A stretch of 64,000 nt of DNA from an uncultured bacterium (GCA_963848965.1 CAWKFG010000004.1:320001-384000), one strand, 5' to 3'; positions 10,139 to 20,264 are shown, counted from the first letter of the stretch. The notes: generated from the sequence alone by a model not told the origin. A program made the numbers and translations.

Positions 10139-11317
10139 ATGAAAAAGTGGCATATACTTATTTTTTCTTTAAGTACAGTAAAACTTTGTGCATATGAGCA
10201 CCGAGAAGAATGGATAAACATTTTTGTACATGGTGCAGTTGGATTACGGTCTCATCTATCGTTAAAACTTTTTGGTCCTTTGTTACACGATAAAATAGAA
10301 GGAACTCGGTATGAAAGAGATATTGTAAAAATAAGAAATGATAAGTACCTTTTTACTATGCAAGCTATTCAAGGTTTAGGATTACAGCGCATTAGTTCTC
10401 GTAGTTCTACACCTCCGGGAGCATATGCATTTGCTACTCTTTTTGATACTACGCTTAAACAATGCCAAGGACCTGGCGTGAAAAACTGGTATTACACTTT
10501 TGGCTGGACAGGACTAGTAAGCTATAAACGAAGATATTTTGAAGCGCGGATTCTCTATAAACAGATCAAAGAAGAGCTTGCTCACTTTCATGCTCAAGGG
10601 CGCACTCCTAAAGTCCGTATTGTAGGATATAGTCATGGTGCTAATGTAGTACTCAACCTAACAGCTATACGGCATAATGACTTTTCTGAAGATTCATTTT
10701 ATATAGATGAAGTTATTCTTTTAGGAGCGCCTGTTTCTGTACGCTCTATGGAGCTCATTGAATATCCATTATTTAAAAATATTTATCATCTTTACTCTAA
10801 ATCGGATCTTGTACAATTGTTGGATATAACTGTGCCTGGCCATCGCCCTGTGCGTACATTCGCTAATATATGCCTGCCAGAATGCCTTACACAGATTGAA
10901 ATTAAGCTTTTTGGACAACCGCTTGAAGATCCTTGTAAGCAATCATTGCGCAGAAAAGTTATTAATCAATCGCCCGGGCACTTTGAATTTTGGTTCTTTG
11001 GATGGTCTCTCCAGAATTATCGAAAGAATTTAAGTATTTATCCGTTACCATTTGGTGTTCTTGCACCACTCTTTATTTGCGCAGCTCGCGCACATCCACA
11101 CTGTTCTCGTCATATGGTTGTGGATGTGCGTCTTGAAAACGGCTATACGTTTGTTACCGATAAATGTTCTGGTATAAAAATAAAACTACCGTTTATGAGT
11201 CGCTGTGAATTTGCAGATCTTCAAAAGAAAGCTCTTTATTTTCATCCATATAATCCTCGTTATCGAGATGAATATATGAAACTTCAAGCGGCAACCGATC
11301 CAAATGCTTATAAATAA
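10139..11317 (+). CDS. Exported hypothetical protein, probable alpha/beta hydrolase fold
   Basis: Signal peptide, FVHG, GYSHG nucleophile elbow, LLGAP, S.SD.VQ. Confidence 0.65.
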   Translation: MKKWHILIFSLSTVKLCAYEHREEWINIFVHGAVGLRSHLSLKLFGPLLHDKIEGTRYERDIVKIRNDKYLFTMQAIQGLGLQRISSRSSTPPGAYAFATLFDTTLKQCQGPGVKNWYYTFGWTGLVSYKRRYFEARILYKQIKEELAHFHAQGRTPKVRIVGYSHGANVVLNLTAIRHNDFSEDSFYIDEVILLGAPVSVRSMELIEYPLFKNIYHLYSKSDLVQLLDITVPGHRPVRTFANICLPECLTQIEIKLFGQPLEDPCKQSLRRKVINQSPGHFEFWFFGWSLQNYRKNLSIYPLPFGVLAPLFICAARAHPHCSRHMVVDVRLENGYTFVTDKCSGIKIKLPFMSRCEFADLQKKALYFHPYNPRYRDEYMKLQAATDPNAYK

Positions 11318-11318
11318 C

Positions 11319-12116
11319 TTAGACTGTTTGTAAAAGGTTCCAGAGTTCTAAAAGGTCCTTCATAGAAAGCTGCTGAGCTCGTGCAATGAGCAGCACCTCT
11401 GGAACCTTAGTAAGATCGTAGTGATACGTTTGCAGATTATTTCTAAGAGTACGTCGCGGTTGCTGAAAGCAGCGTTTAATAAACTGCCAAAATTCAGCTT
11501 CATTATGAATTGGTTCTACTTCTATTTTTGGTTTAAAATATAAAAGTCGTGAATCAACTTTAGGAGGTGGATAAAAAGCTCCTGGAGGTACTTTTTGAAG
11601 AAGTTTCCACTCAAAATAGCGTTGTAAAAAGAGCGAATGGAACCCATATCCTCTTCCATGCATCTTTACTATCTTCTGAGCAACCTCTTCTTGGACCATA
11701 ATAACACCCTCTTGGAGTAGCTCTCTATGCTGCTGAAGCTTATATAGAATAGGGAACGTTATTTGATAAGGAAGATTAGCAAGCAAGATCCAGGGCTTAA
11801 AAGGTTCAAAACGCTTAAAATCAATTTGTAAAAAGTCTTCTTCAAAAATAGTCATTCGCCCATCAGGATATGTTTTACGCACATACTCTGCCCATTGATG
11901 ATCTATTTCAAAGATCCAAAAACGCTTGAGCGGCTGCTGCACAATTGCACGTGAAAGAAAGCCGTCACCACAGCCAATTTCAAATACCGAGCTTTCAGAA
12001 GTAAAGTGTACCTGAGAAAGCATATGATCTACTACCGATTGTGTTCGCAAAAAATGCTGACCATACTGCTTTTTGAGCGTTATCCCATGCTGGGAACCAT
12101 GAAGTTTTTTAGCCAT
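11319..12116 (-). CDS. rsmA: 16S rRNA adenine dimethyltransferase
   Basis: GQHFL, EIGCGDG, ANLPYQIT, FYPPPKVDS. Confidence 0.96.
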   Translation of the reverse strand: MAKKLHGSQHGITLKKQYGQHFLRTQSVVDHMLSQVHFTSESSVFEIGCGDGFLSRAIVQQPLKRFWIFEIDHQWAEYVRKTYPDGRMTIFEEDFLQIDFKRFEPFKPWILLANLPYQITFPILYKLQQHRELLQEGVIMVQEEVAQKIVKMHGRGYGFHSLFLQRYFEWKLLQKVPPGAFYPPPKVDSRLLYFKPKIEVEPIHNEAEFWQFIKRCFQQPRRTLRNNLQTYHYDLTKVPEVLLIARAQQLSMKDLLELWNLLQTV

Positions 12117-12207
12117 TAACGTATCATATATAAATAATCTTACCTTTTCTTCAGCATACTACTCATAAACTAAAGATACAAACAAAACTTTAGTTTTTCT
12201 TGATATG

Positions 12208-12360
12208 CCCTTAAAAGCCGGTAAAAACTGAATAACGCCGGGCTAAAGCCCTGCGGTTTGGGAGTTACTGGCATTATCAGCAGAGCTCCGTAAGACTTTC
12301 AGTGAGCCTCTTGAGTATAACTCTGTCTATACTCAAATGAACATGCTTAGTGACGCAATG
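12208..12360 (-). ncRNA. Putative TnpB reRNA (omegaRNA) scaffold plus flanking guide
   Basis: Lies between the tnpB stop and the right end; hairpin TTGAGTATA/TATACTCAA at 12311-12336 plus the right-end hairpin; limits inferred from known TnpB biology. Confidence 0.55.
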
Positions 12361-13368
12361 CTATATTGAATGCAGCATTGACATCAGCATGGTCAACGTG
12401 TCCACACTCTCGACACTTAAATACCTTCTTATGCCGGTTACTTCTTTGCTGACATTTACTACAATCCTTGGAGGTATAACGAGGATCTATATACATAACC
12501 GGTACTCCTAGCAGCTTGGACTTATACTCAATATAGCTATCAAGCTTATAGTATGCCCAACTGTTCAAGAAGTGCTTAAATGAGTGTGCTGTCTTTCTTT
12601 TCCTTATTCCTTTCAACTTCTCTAACTTTATGCCTACTTTATGCTCATAGGCGTAATCTACTAATGCTCTGCTTACTTTGTGGAGCATGTCCTTTGTTAT
12701 TCTTCTTTCCTTATCTTTTGTTTTTTTAAGCTTCTTATAGTTTCCTTTCTTTTGCTGATGTCTACGCTGATTGGCATACTTTGCTCTGATATGAGCAGCT
12801 TTTTTGCCAAGTTTGAGTACTTTGCCAGTAAGAGGATCAGCCATAACTGCACAATGACCAAGAGTATTAAGATCTACGCCTACATATGAGCTTGCTTCTA
12901 TTTGAGCTCTTTCTTCTATAAAAACGGTAACATAAGCGTAGGTATGATCAAGCTCAATCTGATTAATTTTAGAGAAAGAATTGGCAAAGAAGTAAGCAAG
13001 CTTAAGTTTAAGACAAGTAATGGTAATGATATGGTTATCTTTATCTGCTTTAATACCTTGACCAGGAACAGTAAGCACAACTTTACGAATACGCTTTATT
13101 GTTTTATTGTTGGAGTATTTTTTAAGAATTTGATTAGAGATAGCAGAAGGAAGGCCAATATCTTTAACATCTTTAGAAGACCTGCTTTTAGTCTCAAGAG
13201 CGAATTGAGCAATAAGCCTTGCTTTTATAAGCTCTTGGTCTAAATCTCTATAATGCTTTATTTTATAGGTCAAAAGCATATTTTTCTCCTTAAGCTTCTC
13301 GTATAAAGTATAGCATAAGGAATCAATTCATCCAACTGGCTAAAGCCACTGGCTTTCTTGATCTTTAA
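12228..13368 (-). mobile_element. IS200/IS605-family (IS1341-type, tnpB-only) element
   Basis: Subterminal GGCTTTAGCC hairpins at both ends. Left end on minus: TTAC|TTAAAGATCAAG-AAAG-CCAGTGGCTTTAGCCAGTTGG. Right end: CGCAGGGCTTTAGCCCGGCGTTATTCAG. No tnpA; exact boundaries inferred. Confidence 0.8.
12347..13279 (-). CDS. tnpB: RNA-guided endonuclease TnpB (compact, 310 aa)
   Basis: RuvC-I GVDLN, RuvC-II KLEKL, YTSKDCSKC...CREC zinc finger, RuvC-III ADVNAAFNI. Confidence 0.93.
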   Translation of the reverse strand: MLLTYKIKHYRDLDQELIKARLIAQFALETKSRSSKDVKDIGLPSAISNQILKKYSNNKTIKRIRKVVLTVPGQGIKADKDNHIITITCLKLKLAYFFANSFSKINQIELDHTYAYVTVFIEERAQIEASSYVGVDLNTLGHCAVMADPLTGKVLKLGKKAAHIRAKYANQRRHQQKKGNYKKLKKTKDKERRITKDMLHKVSRALVDYAYEHKVGIKLEKLKGIRKRKTAHSFKHFLNSWAYYKLDSYIEYKSKLLGVPVMYIDPRYTSKDCSKCQQRSNRHKKVFKCRECGHVDHADVNAAFNIALRH

Positions 13369-13373
13369 GTAAA

Positions 13374-13523
13374 TTAGGGTGGTATTTTCTCAGACATGGT
13401 GGTAAACATGATGTTTAGACAAACGGAGATGTAACAGAACAAATACCCCGTCATAATGAAATTGATGAATATCTTGCCAAAAAGATCCTCAATACTGCAA
13501 AGAATAACAAAAGGAGAAAATAA
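13374..13523 (+). pseudogene. hicA: HicA toxin remnant (5' truncated, internal TAG)
   Basis: Translates as LGWYFLRHGGKHDV*TNGDVTEQIPRHNEIDEYLAKKIL; its stop overlaps the hicB start (TAATG); absent from the ORF track. Confidence 0.85.
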
Positions 13524-13981
13524 TGAGACTAGAAGGAAGAATCTGGAAAAGCAAAAAAAGCGCATTTTGGTTGGCTGAAGTCCCACTTTTAGACCTTGTG
13601 ACTCAAGCTGAAACTAAAGAAGAACTACCAGAAATGGTTAAAGATGCTCTTGAGTCTTTAGTCAATGATCCAGCATTTTCTGTTACAGTCAGCTTATCTG
13701 ACAATCAGTTATTTATAGATTCAAATTGTCCAAAAATAGTATTATCTTTAATGCTCAAACGACAACGTCATAAAAGAGGTTTAACGCAAGAGGAAGTAGC
13801 TAAAAATTTGAATTCCAAATCTGTTAATGACTATGCTCAATATGAGCAAGCAAAACATATGCCTACAATTGAACGACTTGAAGAATTGCTTCGTGCAATA
13901 GATCCTAAATTGAAGCCTTATCTTTCAGCAGCTGACAATGAACTAGATTACGAAACAGCACTAGTCGACATCTCAAATTAG
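13523..13981 (+). CDS. hicB: HicB-family antitoxin with C-terminal XRE HTH
   Basis: W.AEVP.LDLVTQAET.EE...M.KDAL, then R..RGLTQEEVA HTH. Confidence 0.8.
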   Translation: MRLEGRIWKSKKSAFWLAEVPLLDLVTQAETKEELPEMVKDALESLVNDPAFSVTVSLSDNQLFIDSNCPKIVLSLMLKRQRHKRGLTQEEVAKNLNSKSVNDYAQYEQAKHMPTIERLEELLRAIDPKLKPYLSAADNELDYETALVDISN

Positions 13982-14000
13982 GAAGCCGTTTTCAATATTT

Positions 14001-14037
14001 TTGGACAAATTCGATATTCAATGTTGAATTTGTCCAA
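14001..14037. repeat. Inverted repeat/hairpin downstream of hicB
   Basis: Perfect 12-bp arms TTGGACAAATTC / GAATTTGTCCAA, extendable inward with G-U pairs. Confidence 0.7.
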
Positions 14038-14241
14038 GATTTTTAGCAAATTGAGCACAACTTTTATGCCTTTAAGCTCTTTAAGAACAGTAAAATCTTT
14101 TAGCGAATAATCACTTTGGCCGTAATAACTACGCTCTTTTTATTACTCTTGACTGGAAAAGACAAGAAATGGTATAAACAAAGTAATAGGGAACAGTAAG
14201 AACAAGCTTCTAGCATTGAGCTTTTTGAGGGGGGAACAGTT

Positions 14242-14634
14242 ATGAAAAGATCTAGTTTTGTGCTTCTAATTTTTTTTGCAGTTATCTCTCTAGCATTACC
14301 TTCTTATGCGAAAAAGCCTGGTAAAGAGCAAAAACCACCTATTATTTCCGTAAACAGAGGTCATGAGTGGCTTAAAGCAATTGGCCATGGTGCTAGCACT
14401 ATTACCTTAATAGTAGCCGCTATACAGATGTTTCTTACTGCTAAACGAGTACAAATAGCAACCCAAACAGTTATGCAAAGGGCTGAATCTGCAGATATAA
14501 AACTATATAGCCCACTAATTTATGCCGCAAGTATGATTGGGTTTGTAACCTTGCTAAAACTAGCCTATAGTGATAGCTGCAAATGCCTAGAGGCCCTAAA
14601 AAAAGCTTCTACTGGTTACGCTAATCTTTCTTAA
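14242..14634 (+). CDS. Hypothetical membrane protein
   Basis: GAGG RBS, signal peptide, two hydrophobic helices. Confidence 0.7.
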   Translation: MKRSSFVLLIFFAVISLALPSYAKKPGKEQKPPIISVNRGHEWLKAIGHGASTITLIVAAIQMFLTAKRVQIATQTVMQRAESADIKLYSPLIYAASMIGFVTLLKLAYSDSCKCLEALKKASTGYANLS

Positions 14635-14655
14635 GTATTCTGTTACTTTAAATAA

Positions 14656-15087
14656 CTAATCTTTTTTAGCTTTCTTATCTTTTTTGTACTCAATTGCAAG
14701 AAGCTTAGTCGCAATAGGAGAGCCACTTGGCGAATCTTCTGAACTTTCTTCTTCATCAGAAAATTCATACCTTACATTCTTTGATTTAGAATCTTTTTCT
14801 TGATCCTTTTTAACTGGCGCTGCCTGTTTCTGAGCAGTTGGTATTGGTTGTGAGGTAGATCCGGGACCCTTATAGGAAGCGGTAGGCATATCAGCTGCTT
14901 CATTTAATTCATTCCAAAACATACTCCATGCTTTGGCCCATGAAAAAGATGGGGCACGATTTTCAGAAGCTCTCATTGTAGCGACTTCACCTTGCACTCT
15001 TTGCATAGCCGCACAATTTTGACTTAATACAATGCTTACAACTAAGCAAATGAGAAAATGTAGAGAATAAGCGTTAATCTTTACCAT
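14656..15087 (-). CDS. Hypothetical exported low-complexity protein
   Basis: Signal peptide ending AA-MQ; acidic/Ser patch and basic C-terminus. Confidence 0.65.
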   Translation of the reverse strand: MVKINAYSLHFLICLVVSIVLSQNCAAMQRVQGEVATMRASENRAPSFSWAKAWSMFWNELNEAADMPTASYKGPGSTSQPIPTAQKQAAPVKKDQEKDSKSKNVRYEFSDEEESSEDSPSGSPIATKLLAIEYKKDKKAKKD

Positions 15088-15519
15088 GGCTTTACCTTCC
15101 CTTAATTTGGTAAACTTTGAACCATCCCTTAATTTTAAGGATAATCAAAAAATAATAAATTTACAAGTTTTAGCATAATTATTTTTCAAATATAAATTTA
15201 ATAAGCACATTGCTTACATAAAAAATGCAAAATATGCTCATTTGTGAAACCTGAGCTAGACTTATTTTTCAAGAAAAAGTAAGTATATAAAACCGTTTTT
15301 AAGTCTTTGTTAACATAAGCTTTTATATATCATATCCGCTTACAAATTTTCAACAAGATTTCTTACCTTATACATCCTAAGCATTAAAATTATTTACTTC
15401 AATCTTTTTTAGCTACTAAGAATAATACAATATATTAAAAATTGGAAAAGCAAATTTTTCTTGTTCAGCTTATATTGCCTTAATGATGTCGTAATACAAG
15501 ATCTCGAAAACCACATTAT

Positions 15520-15805
15520 GATGAAAACCGTACAAATCATGAATGTGGAGCTAAAAAATATCATCAATACATAGCAAAACATATGCATCAGTTCAATTAT
15601 AAAGATGCAATTGATCAAGATCTCCTGATAGGCTCTGGCGAGGTAAAAAGTTCACATCGGACTATGATATAAAAGCGACTTAAATTACCTGAAGCTTGGT
15701 AGCTTGAAAAAAATACAGAGAATATGTTGGCTATACGCACAGCAAAAGCCAATAATAATGGGGAAAGTTATTGGTTAATTAACCAATACTTTTAATACAC
15801 TCCAC
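15520..15805 (+). pseudogene. Degenerate ISKra4-like DDE transposase C-terminal fragment
   Basis: YIAKHMHQFNYKDAIDQDLLIGSGEVKSSHRTMI*KRLKLPEAW*LEKNTENMLAIR resembles the LPIGSG.IES.H...QKRLK..GAWW signature; two in-frame stops. Confidence 0.75.
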
Positions 15806-15876
15806 TACAGTCTTTAGCTTGTCTTTTTTTCTTGTTTTGATAGCTTGGGTACAACAATTGTGTATAGTGTGAGCTC

Positions 15877-17889
15877 ATGGGGTTGATGATGGTATCAAAA
15901 AAAGTTTTTTTTATTTATGGCATAGGATTCTTCTTTTTAATGAATGCTATGGAGAAGGAAAAAGAAGATAATTCAAGTGGCAATGTTGGTGCTCCTCTGA
16001 TACAAAGCCTGCATAAAGTGGTTCAAGCTAATAATAATCTTACGGCTTTAATAAACGCAGCTAGGTATGGGCATAAAGAGCTCGTACAAGAGTTGTTAGA
16101 TAAAGGAGCTGTGCTTGATATGCAAGATGATTCCGGTAACACTGCTTTAATGAGTGCTTCATATAATGGTCATAAAGAAGTTGTCATCTTATTGGTAAGT
16201 AAAGGAGCAAATTTTACCATACAAAATAATAATGGCTATACGGCTTTAAGGCTTGCTGCTCAATATGGGCACAAAGAAGTTGCACAAGTGCTTTTAGAAA
16301 AAGGAGCTAGGGATCATGCTGCTTTAGCAGATGCTGAGAAAAATCACCATAAAGATGTGGTATCTCTCTTGTTTAAGTATGCGCAAGACAAAACGAACGA
16401 TAATGCTAAAAATGTTATCTCTTCTACTCAAGAAACAGAACAGGGTAAGCAGGCCTCTCCATCTTCTTTACGAGCTTCTTCTTTACCTATATCTCCTGTC
16501 GTAGAAAGCCCGAGCAATAAAGCGCAAGAAATCAGGATCACTGGCGAACTTCTTAATGTTGATGCTCAAGATAGCGACGGGCAAACGGCTTTGATAAAAG
16601 CTGCCAATCAAGGAGATAAAGAAGGTGTACAAGAACTTTTGAAAAAAAGAGCTAATGTTAGTATTGTAGATAAAAAAGGGGATACTGCGCTTATATGGGC
16701 TGTACGCTCAGGTAATAAGCAAATAGTAGAACTTTTGCTAAAAAATGATGCTGAAGTTAATACTAAAAATGTAAGCGGCTGGACAGCACTACATTATGCT
16801 GCTCAGAGTGGCAATAAAGAGCTGGCAGAGTTATTGATAAGTCACGAGACTGATATTAATGCTCAAGATATAATCCAACAGACAGCCTTGCATGTAGCTG
16901 CACATAACGGGCATAAAAAGCTTGTAGAGTTATTAATAGCTCAAGGAGCAAATCTTTATTGTACTTGTAAATATGTAAAAAATCCTACAAATACTGACAT
17001 TACTGTTTTGATGTGCGCTGCACTTGCAGGCCATAAAAATGTTGTAGAATTTTTATTACATGCAGGAGCTTCAATAAACTCTCAAAGTAGTTTGGGGTGG
17101 ACAGCCTTGACTGGAGCGGCATATTGGGGACATATCGAAGTGGTTGAACTGTTATTAAGTAAAGGTGCGGCTCTTCAATCAAAGATGAGCGTTACTGCTT
17201 TTATGCAAGCAGCGCGTATGGGCTATAAGAAAGTGATAGAACTTTTCTTACAAGCGGGAATTTCGGTAAATGTTCGAGATAATGAGGGGCGGACAGCTTT
17301 AATGAATGCTACTACTGGAGGACATAAGGAAGTAGTAGAAAGTTTACTAAAAGCAGGAGCTCAAATAGATATTCAAGATAATAAAAAATATACAGCTTTA
17401 ATGAGCGCAGTATCTAACGGTCACAAAGAAATAGTAAAAATTTTATTGCAAGCAGGAGCACAAATAAATGCTCGAGAGGAAAATGGGTGGACATCATTAA
17501 TAATGGCAGCTTCACCTGGTAACACTACAGTAAAATATCATAAAGAAATAGTAGAGCTTTTACTAGAGGCTGGAGCAGACATCAATGCTCAAAGTTTATA
17601 TGGTTCTACAGCGTTACTTATTGCTGTAGATAAAAAGAATAAAGACTTAGTAGAACTATTATTAAGGAAGGGAGCAAATCCTAATCTTGTGGAGAAGAAT
17701 TATCTAGAGACTCCTTTAACAAGAGCCGTATATAATAAGCATAAAGAAATAATCGAACTTTTGTTGAAAGCTGGAGCTGATGGTAATGCTCAAAATAAAG
17801 AAGGAAAAACAGCTTTGTCGAAAGCGACACAAGAGGAGCGTAAAGAGATAGTAGAATTGTTATTAAGCAAAGGTGCACAAATGCTATGA
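15877..17889 (+). CDS. Ankyrin repeat protein, exported
   Basis: Many G.TAL..AA..GH.E.V.LLL..GA repeats; signal peptide ending NA-ME. Confidence 0.92.
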   Translation: MGLMMVSKKVFFIYGIGFFFLMNAMEKEKEDNSSGNVGAPLIQSLHKVVQANNNLTALINAARYGHKELVQELLDKGAVLDMQDDSGNTALMSASYNGHKEVVILLVSKGANFTIQNNNGYTALRLAAQYGHKEVAQVLLEKGARDHAALADAEKNHHKDVVSLLFKYAQDKTNDNAKNVISSTQETEQGKQASPSSLRASSLPISPVVESPSNKAQEIRITGELLNVDAQDSDGQTALIKAANQGDKEGVQELLKKRANVSIVDKKGDTALIWAVRSGNKQIVELLLKNDAEVNTKNVSGWTALHYAAQSGNKELAELLISHETDINAQDIIQQTALHVAAHNGHKKLVELLIAQGANLYCTCKYVKNPTNTDITVLMCAALAGHKNVVEFLLHAGASINSQSSLGWTALTGAAYWGHIEVVELLLSKGAALQSKMSVTAFMQAARMGYKKVIELFLQAGISVNVRDNEGRTALMNATTGGHKEVVESLLKAGAQIDIQDNKKYTALMSAVSNGHKEIVKILLQAGAQINAREENGWTSLIMAASPGNTTVKYHKEIVELLLEAGADINAQSLYGSTALLIAVDKKNKDLVELLLRKGANPNLVEKNYLETPLTRAVYNKHKEIIELLLKAGADGNAQNKEGKTALSKATQEERKEIVELLLSKGAQML

Positions 17890-17939
17890 GCAAGGGATTT
17901 GCGCTATTAGAATCATTTAAGATAGCACTTCAAATATAG

Positions 17940-18698
17940 TTATCGACAAGAACTTTCTAGTGCAAGAACAATATCGTTATCCTTAACACGAATTTTTAAT
18001 GCAACGTCAGGAAAATATTCCAGCACATCTTGTATATGATACCTTCTGCTTTGAAGGACTGCATTTTCATTATCTTCACTAAGAAAGCGCTGATCATGTA
18101 TAACCATAGTATTAGAAGAATCAAAAGTAAGATTTAACTTTTTAAGGAAAGCTTCACGAACACATCGTTGCTTAGAGCTTAAAAGATAATTTTGAGGAGC
18201 TAAAAAATCAGGAATTAACCCGTCTATTTTTTTTAAGACTTCTGGATCACCATGTATATAACTTTCCATCCACTCTAAAGCTCCTGGGGTACCCCAATAA
18301 AAAGCAGCATAAAAGAGAAGTTTAAGCCATTCTGCACTAGAAGAGGAAAATATTTTTGAGTATTTTTTAACAAATTCTTGTAACACTAATCCATTAAATT
18401 GTGCATCCCTTAATAAGGGAGAAAAGGATCTATGCATGCTCATACATGCTTTTATACTATCCCACGCGTTAAAGAAATCTTGAACATTTTCAGTAAGATA
18501 CTGAGTATTCTTTATTACTGAGTAAAGAATACTCTTTTTAATGTCGGCTGGTAACTCGTTCAAAGAACCTGAAGACACTACGGTAGACTTGTAATTATCG
18601 ATAATTACCATGTTACCTAAACTTTTTGGAGACTCCATAGCATTAAGGACAGTACAGAACAAAAAGCTACTTATTTGTATTATTCTTATACTATACAT
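17940..18698 (-). CDS. Exported protein with F-box-like N-terminal domain
   Basis: Signal peptide NA-ME; LNELPADIKKSIL; homologous to 18780..19673. Confidence 0.65.
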   Translation of the reverse strand: MYSIRIIQISSFLFCTVLNAMESPKSLGNMVIIDNYKSTVVSSGSLNELPADIKKSILYSVIKNTQYLTENVQDFFNAWDSIKACMSMHRSFSPLLRDAQFNGLVLQEFVKKYSKIFSSSSAEWLKLLFYAAFYWGTPGALEWMESYIHGDPEVLKKIDGLIPDFLAPQNYLLSSKQRCVREAFLKKLNLTFDSSNTMVIHDQRFLSEDNENAVLQSRRYHIQDVLEYFPDVALKIRVKDNDIVLALESSCR

Positions 18699-18779
18699 TG
18701 CTTCCTTGTTTTTCAAAGAATTTATTTACCCATATTTTAAAGTATACAAGGAAGCCGTATAAGCTGCAAGAACTCTTTA

Positions 18780-19673
18780 TCACATTTGGCCTGAAGGATA
18801 GTCTGTAATAACTTTTGTAACTCCTGGTCTGCCTACTATAGAAGGCTGCGTATAACCGGGACGCAATCTTATCCTTCCGCCACCAGGACCAAAGAAGTCT
18901 ACTTCTCGCCATTTGGTTAATTTGTCGATTTCTTCTTCTGAAAGTGTGTGTCTGCCACGGAACACTTTTATCTTTTCTTCAACAAGACCTTTAACTGTTT
19001 CTCCCTTTTTGTTTGTATATGCACCTACTAATCCAGGTTTATATTTTTCAGCTCCATTATATAATAAATAGAGTGCTAGATCAGGATTATCCTGTTTTAT
19101 AGCTACCATAAGAGGAGTATTACCCTCATCATCCTGAATATTAAGAGGGGCCCCGTTCTTTATTAAAAGAGGTATAAGAGTGCCATACGTATGTGATCCT
19201 GACCATGCAAGAATTGTAAAAAGAACTTCTTTATTCTTTGAAAGCTCTGGGTCAGATTCTAGCATATCTCTTAACCAATCAACCGCTCCCTTGGTGCCTA
19301 AAACAGTTGCCGCCTTAATTAATGACACTCTATCTATTGTAGAGAAAAACCGTCGTGCCAGCTCTTCAATCAAAGCTCTGTTTATAGATTCGTCGTTTAA
19401 GAAAGGTGCAAATACTTTGTTAAGAGACATAAAATTGCGTATATTCTGCGCTGCTTCTTGTATGTCTTTTCCTGATGTTAGAAATAAAAGAACCTCGCCC
19501 TTAAGCTCATCAGGTAAAGCCTCAAGAGGAGCTGGTAATGGCTGTCTATAGTGTTCTATAATTCTAAGCCAGTACGTCGGTGAAACTTTTATTTTTCCCA
19601 CTCCTTCTGGCCCTTCCATAGCACTTACACTACTTACAAGGCAGCATACAATTAGCCATAATTTACTATTCAT
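18780..19673 (-). CDS. Exported protein with F-box-like domain and ankyrin repeats
   Basis: Signal peptide SA-ME; LEALPDELKGEVL; GNTPLMVAI ankyrin repeat. Confidence 0.75.
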   Translation of the reverse strand: MNSKLWLIVCCLVSSVSAMEGPEGVGKIKVSPTYWLRIIEHYRQPLPAPLEALPDELKGEVLLFLTSGKDIQEAAQNIRNFMSLNKVFAPFLNDESINRALIEELARRFFSTIDRVSLIKAATVLGTKGAVDWLRDMLESDPELSKNKEVLFTILAWSGSHTYGTLIPLLIKNGAPLNIQDDEGNTPLMVAIKQDNPDLALYLLYNGAEKYKPGLVGAYTNKKGETVKGLVEEKIKVFRGRHTLSEEEIDKLTKWREVDFFGPGGGRIRLRPGYTQPSIVGRPGVTKVITDYPSGQM

Positions 19674-19904
19674 AATAACGTCCTTTTTATTTTTATATTC
19701 TTTTGCATTAACTATATAGTATTTTATTCAATTTTGCAATAGAATACATAGCTCTCTGTACCAGCTACTTTTTACTTTTCAACATTTTAGCTTCCTTCTT
19801 TTGATAAAAGAAATGAGTTAAGAGACTTGCCAACAAAGAAACCGTTAGTATATAGTGAAATGAGACTAATACCAGATGGCATAGTTCTTATAAGGGGGAC
19901 AATT

Positions 19905-20264
19905 ATGAAATTGCATATATATATAGGTACTGGAGTTTTACTTTTTATGTATCCACTCTATGGCACATTACCAGAAAAACCAGTAGAAACACAAAAAGAC
20001 AAATCTCATCTTTTGCTTAAAGCGCTCTCAAATTACAAAGGCATTGCTACAGGATTAGTAGCACTTATCTCAGGCGTTTACGGCTTAGTACAGCTTAAAG
20101 ACGCTTATATCTTTTATAAAGATCCGGAATTACTTCCAGAAGAGCGAGGAAGCGTTGTATTTCATGCAGTTGGACCGGGAGTAGGAGCACTCTATATCGC
20201 CTATCATGCTACAAAAACCTTTAGGAAATCCTGGAAAGAATTTTTAGCAAAAAATGCAGCTTAA
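19905..20264 (+). CDS. Hypothetical membrane protein
   Basis: AAGGGGG RBS before ATG 19905; signal peptide plus two helices. Confidence 0.65.
   Translation: MKLHIYIGTGVLLFMYPLYGTLPEKPVETQKDKSHLLLKALSNYKGIATGLVALISGVYGLVQLKDAYIFYKDPELLPEERGSVVFHAVGPGVGALYIAYHATKTFRKSWKEFLAKNAA

Noticed and set aside
12208..12227. A second in-window target for the predicted TnpB guide (partial matches near 22320 and 35473)
   Set aside because: Only short AT-rich partial matches without the predicted TAM; consistent with chance, though checked only by eye
13416..13418. In-frame TAG in hicA (and TAG/TAA in the transposase relic) as stop-codon recoding
   Set aside because: Intact genes such as hicB and the MgtA-like ATPase end at TAG and conserved genes have no internal stops; ordinary pseudogenisation explains it
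13990..14045. Hairpin after hicB as an integron attC site
   Set aside because: No RYYYAAC/GTTRRRY core sites, no integrase and no cassette array
13374..15618. ORF-track entries 13374..13586(-) and 15409..15618(-)
   Set aside because: Antisense shadows of the hicA/hicB locus and the transposase relic
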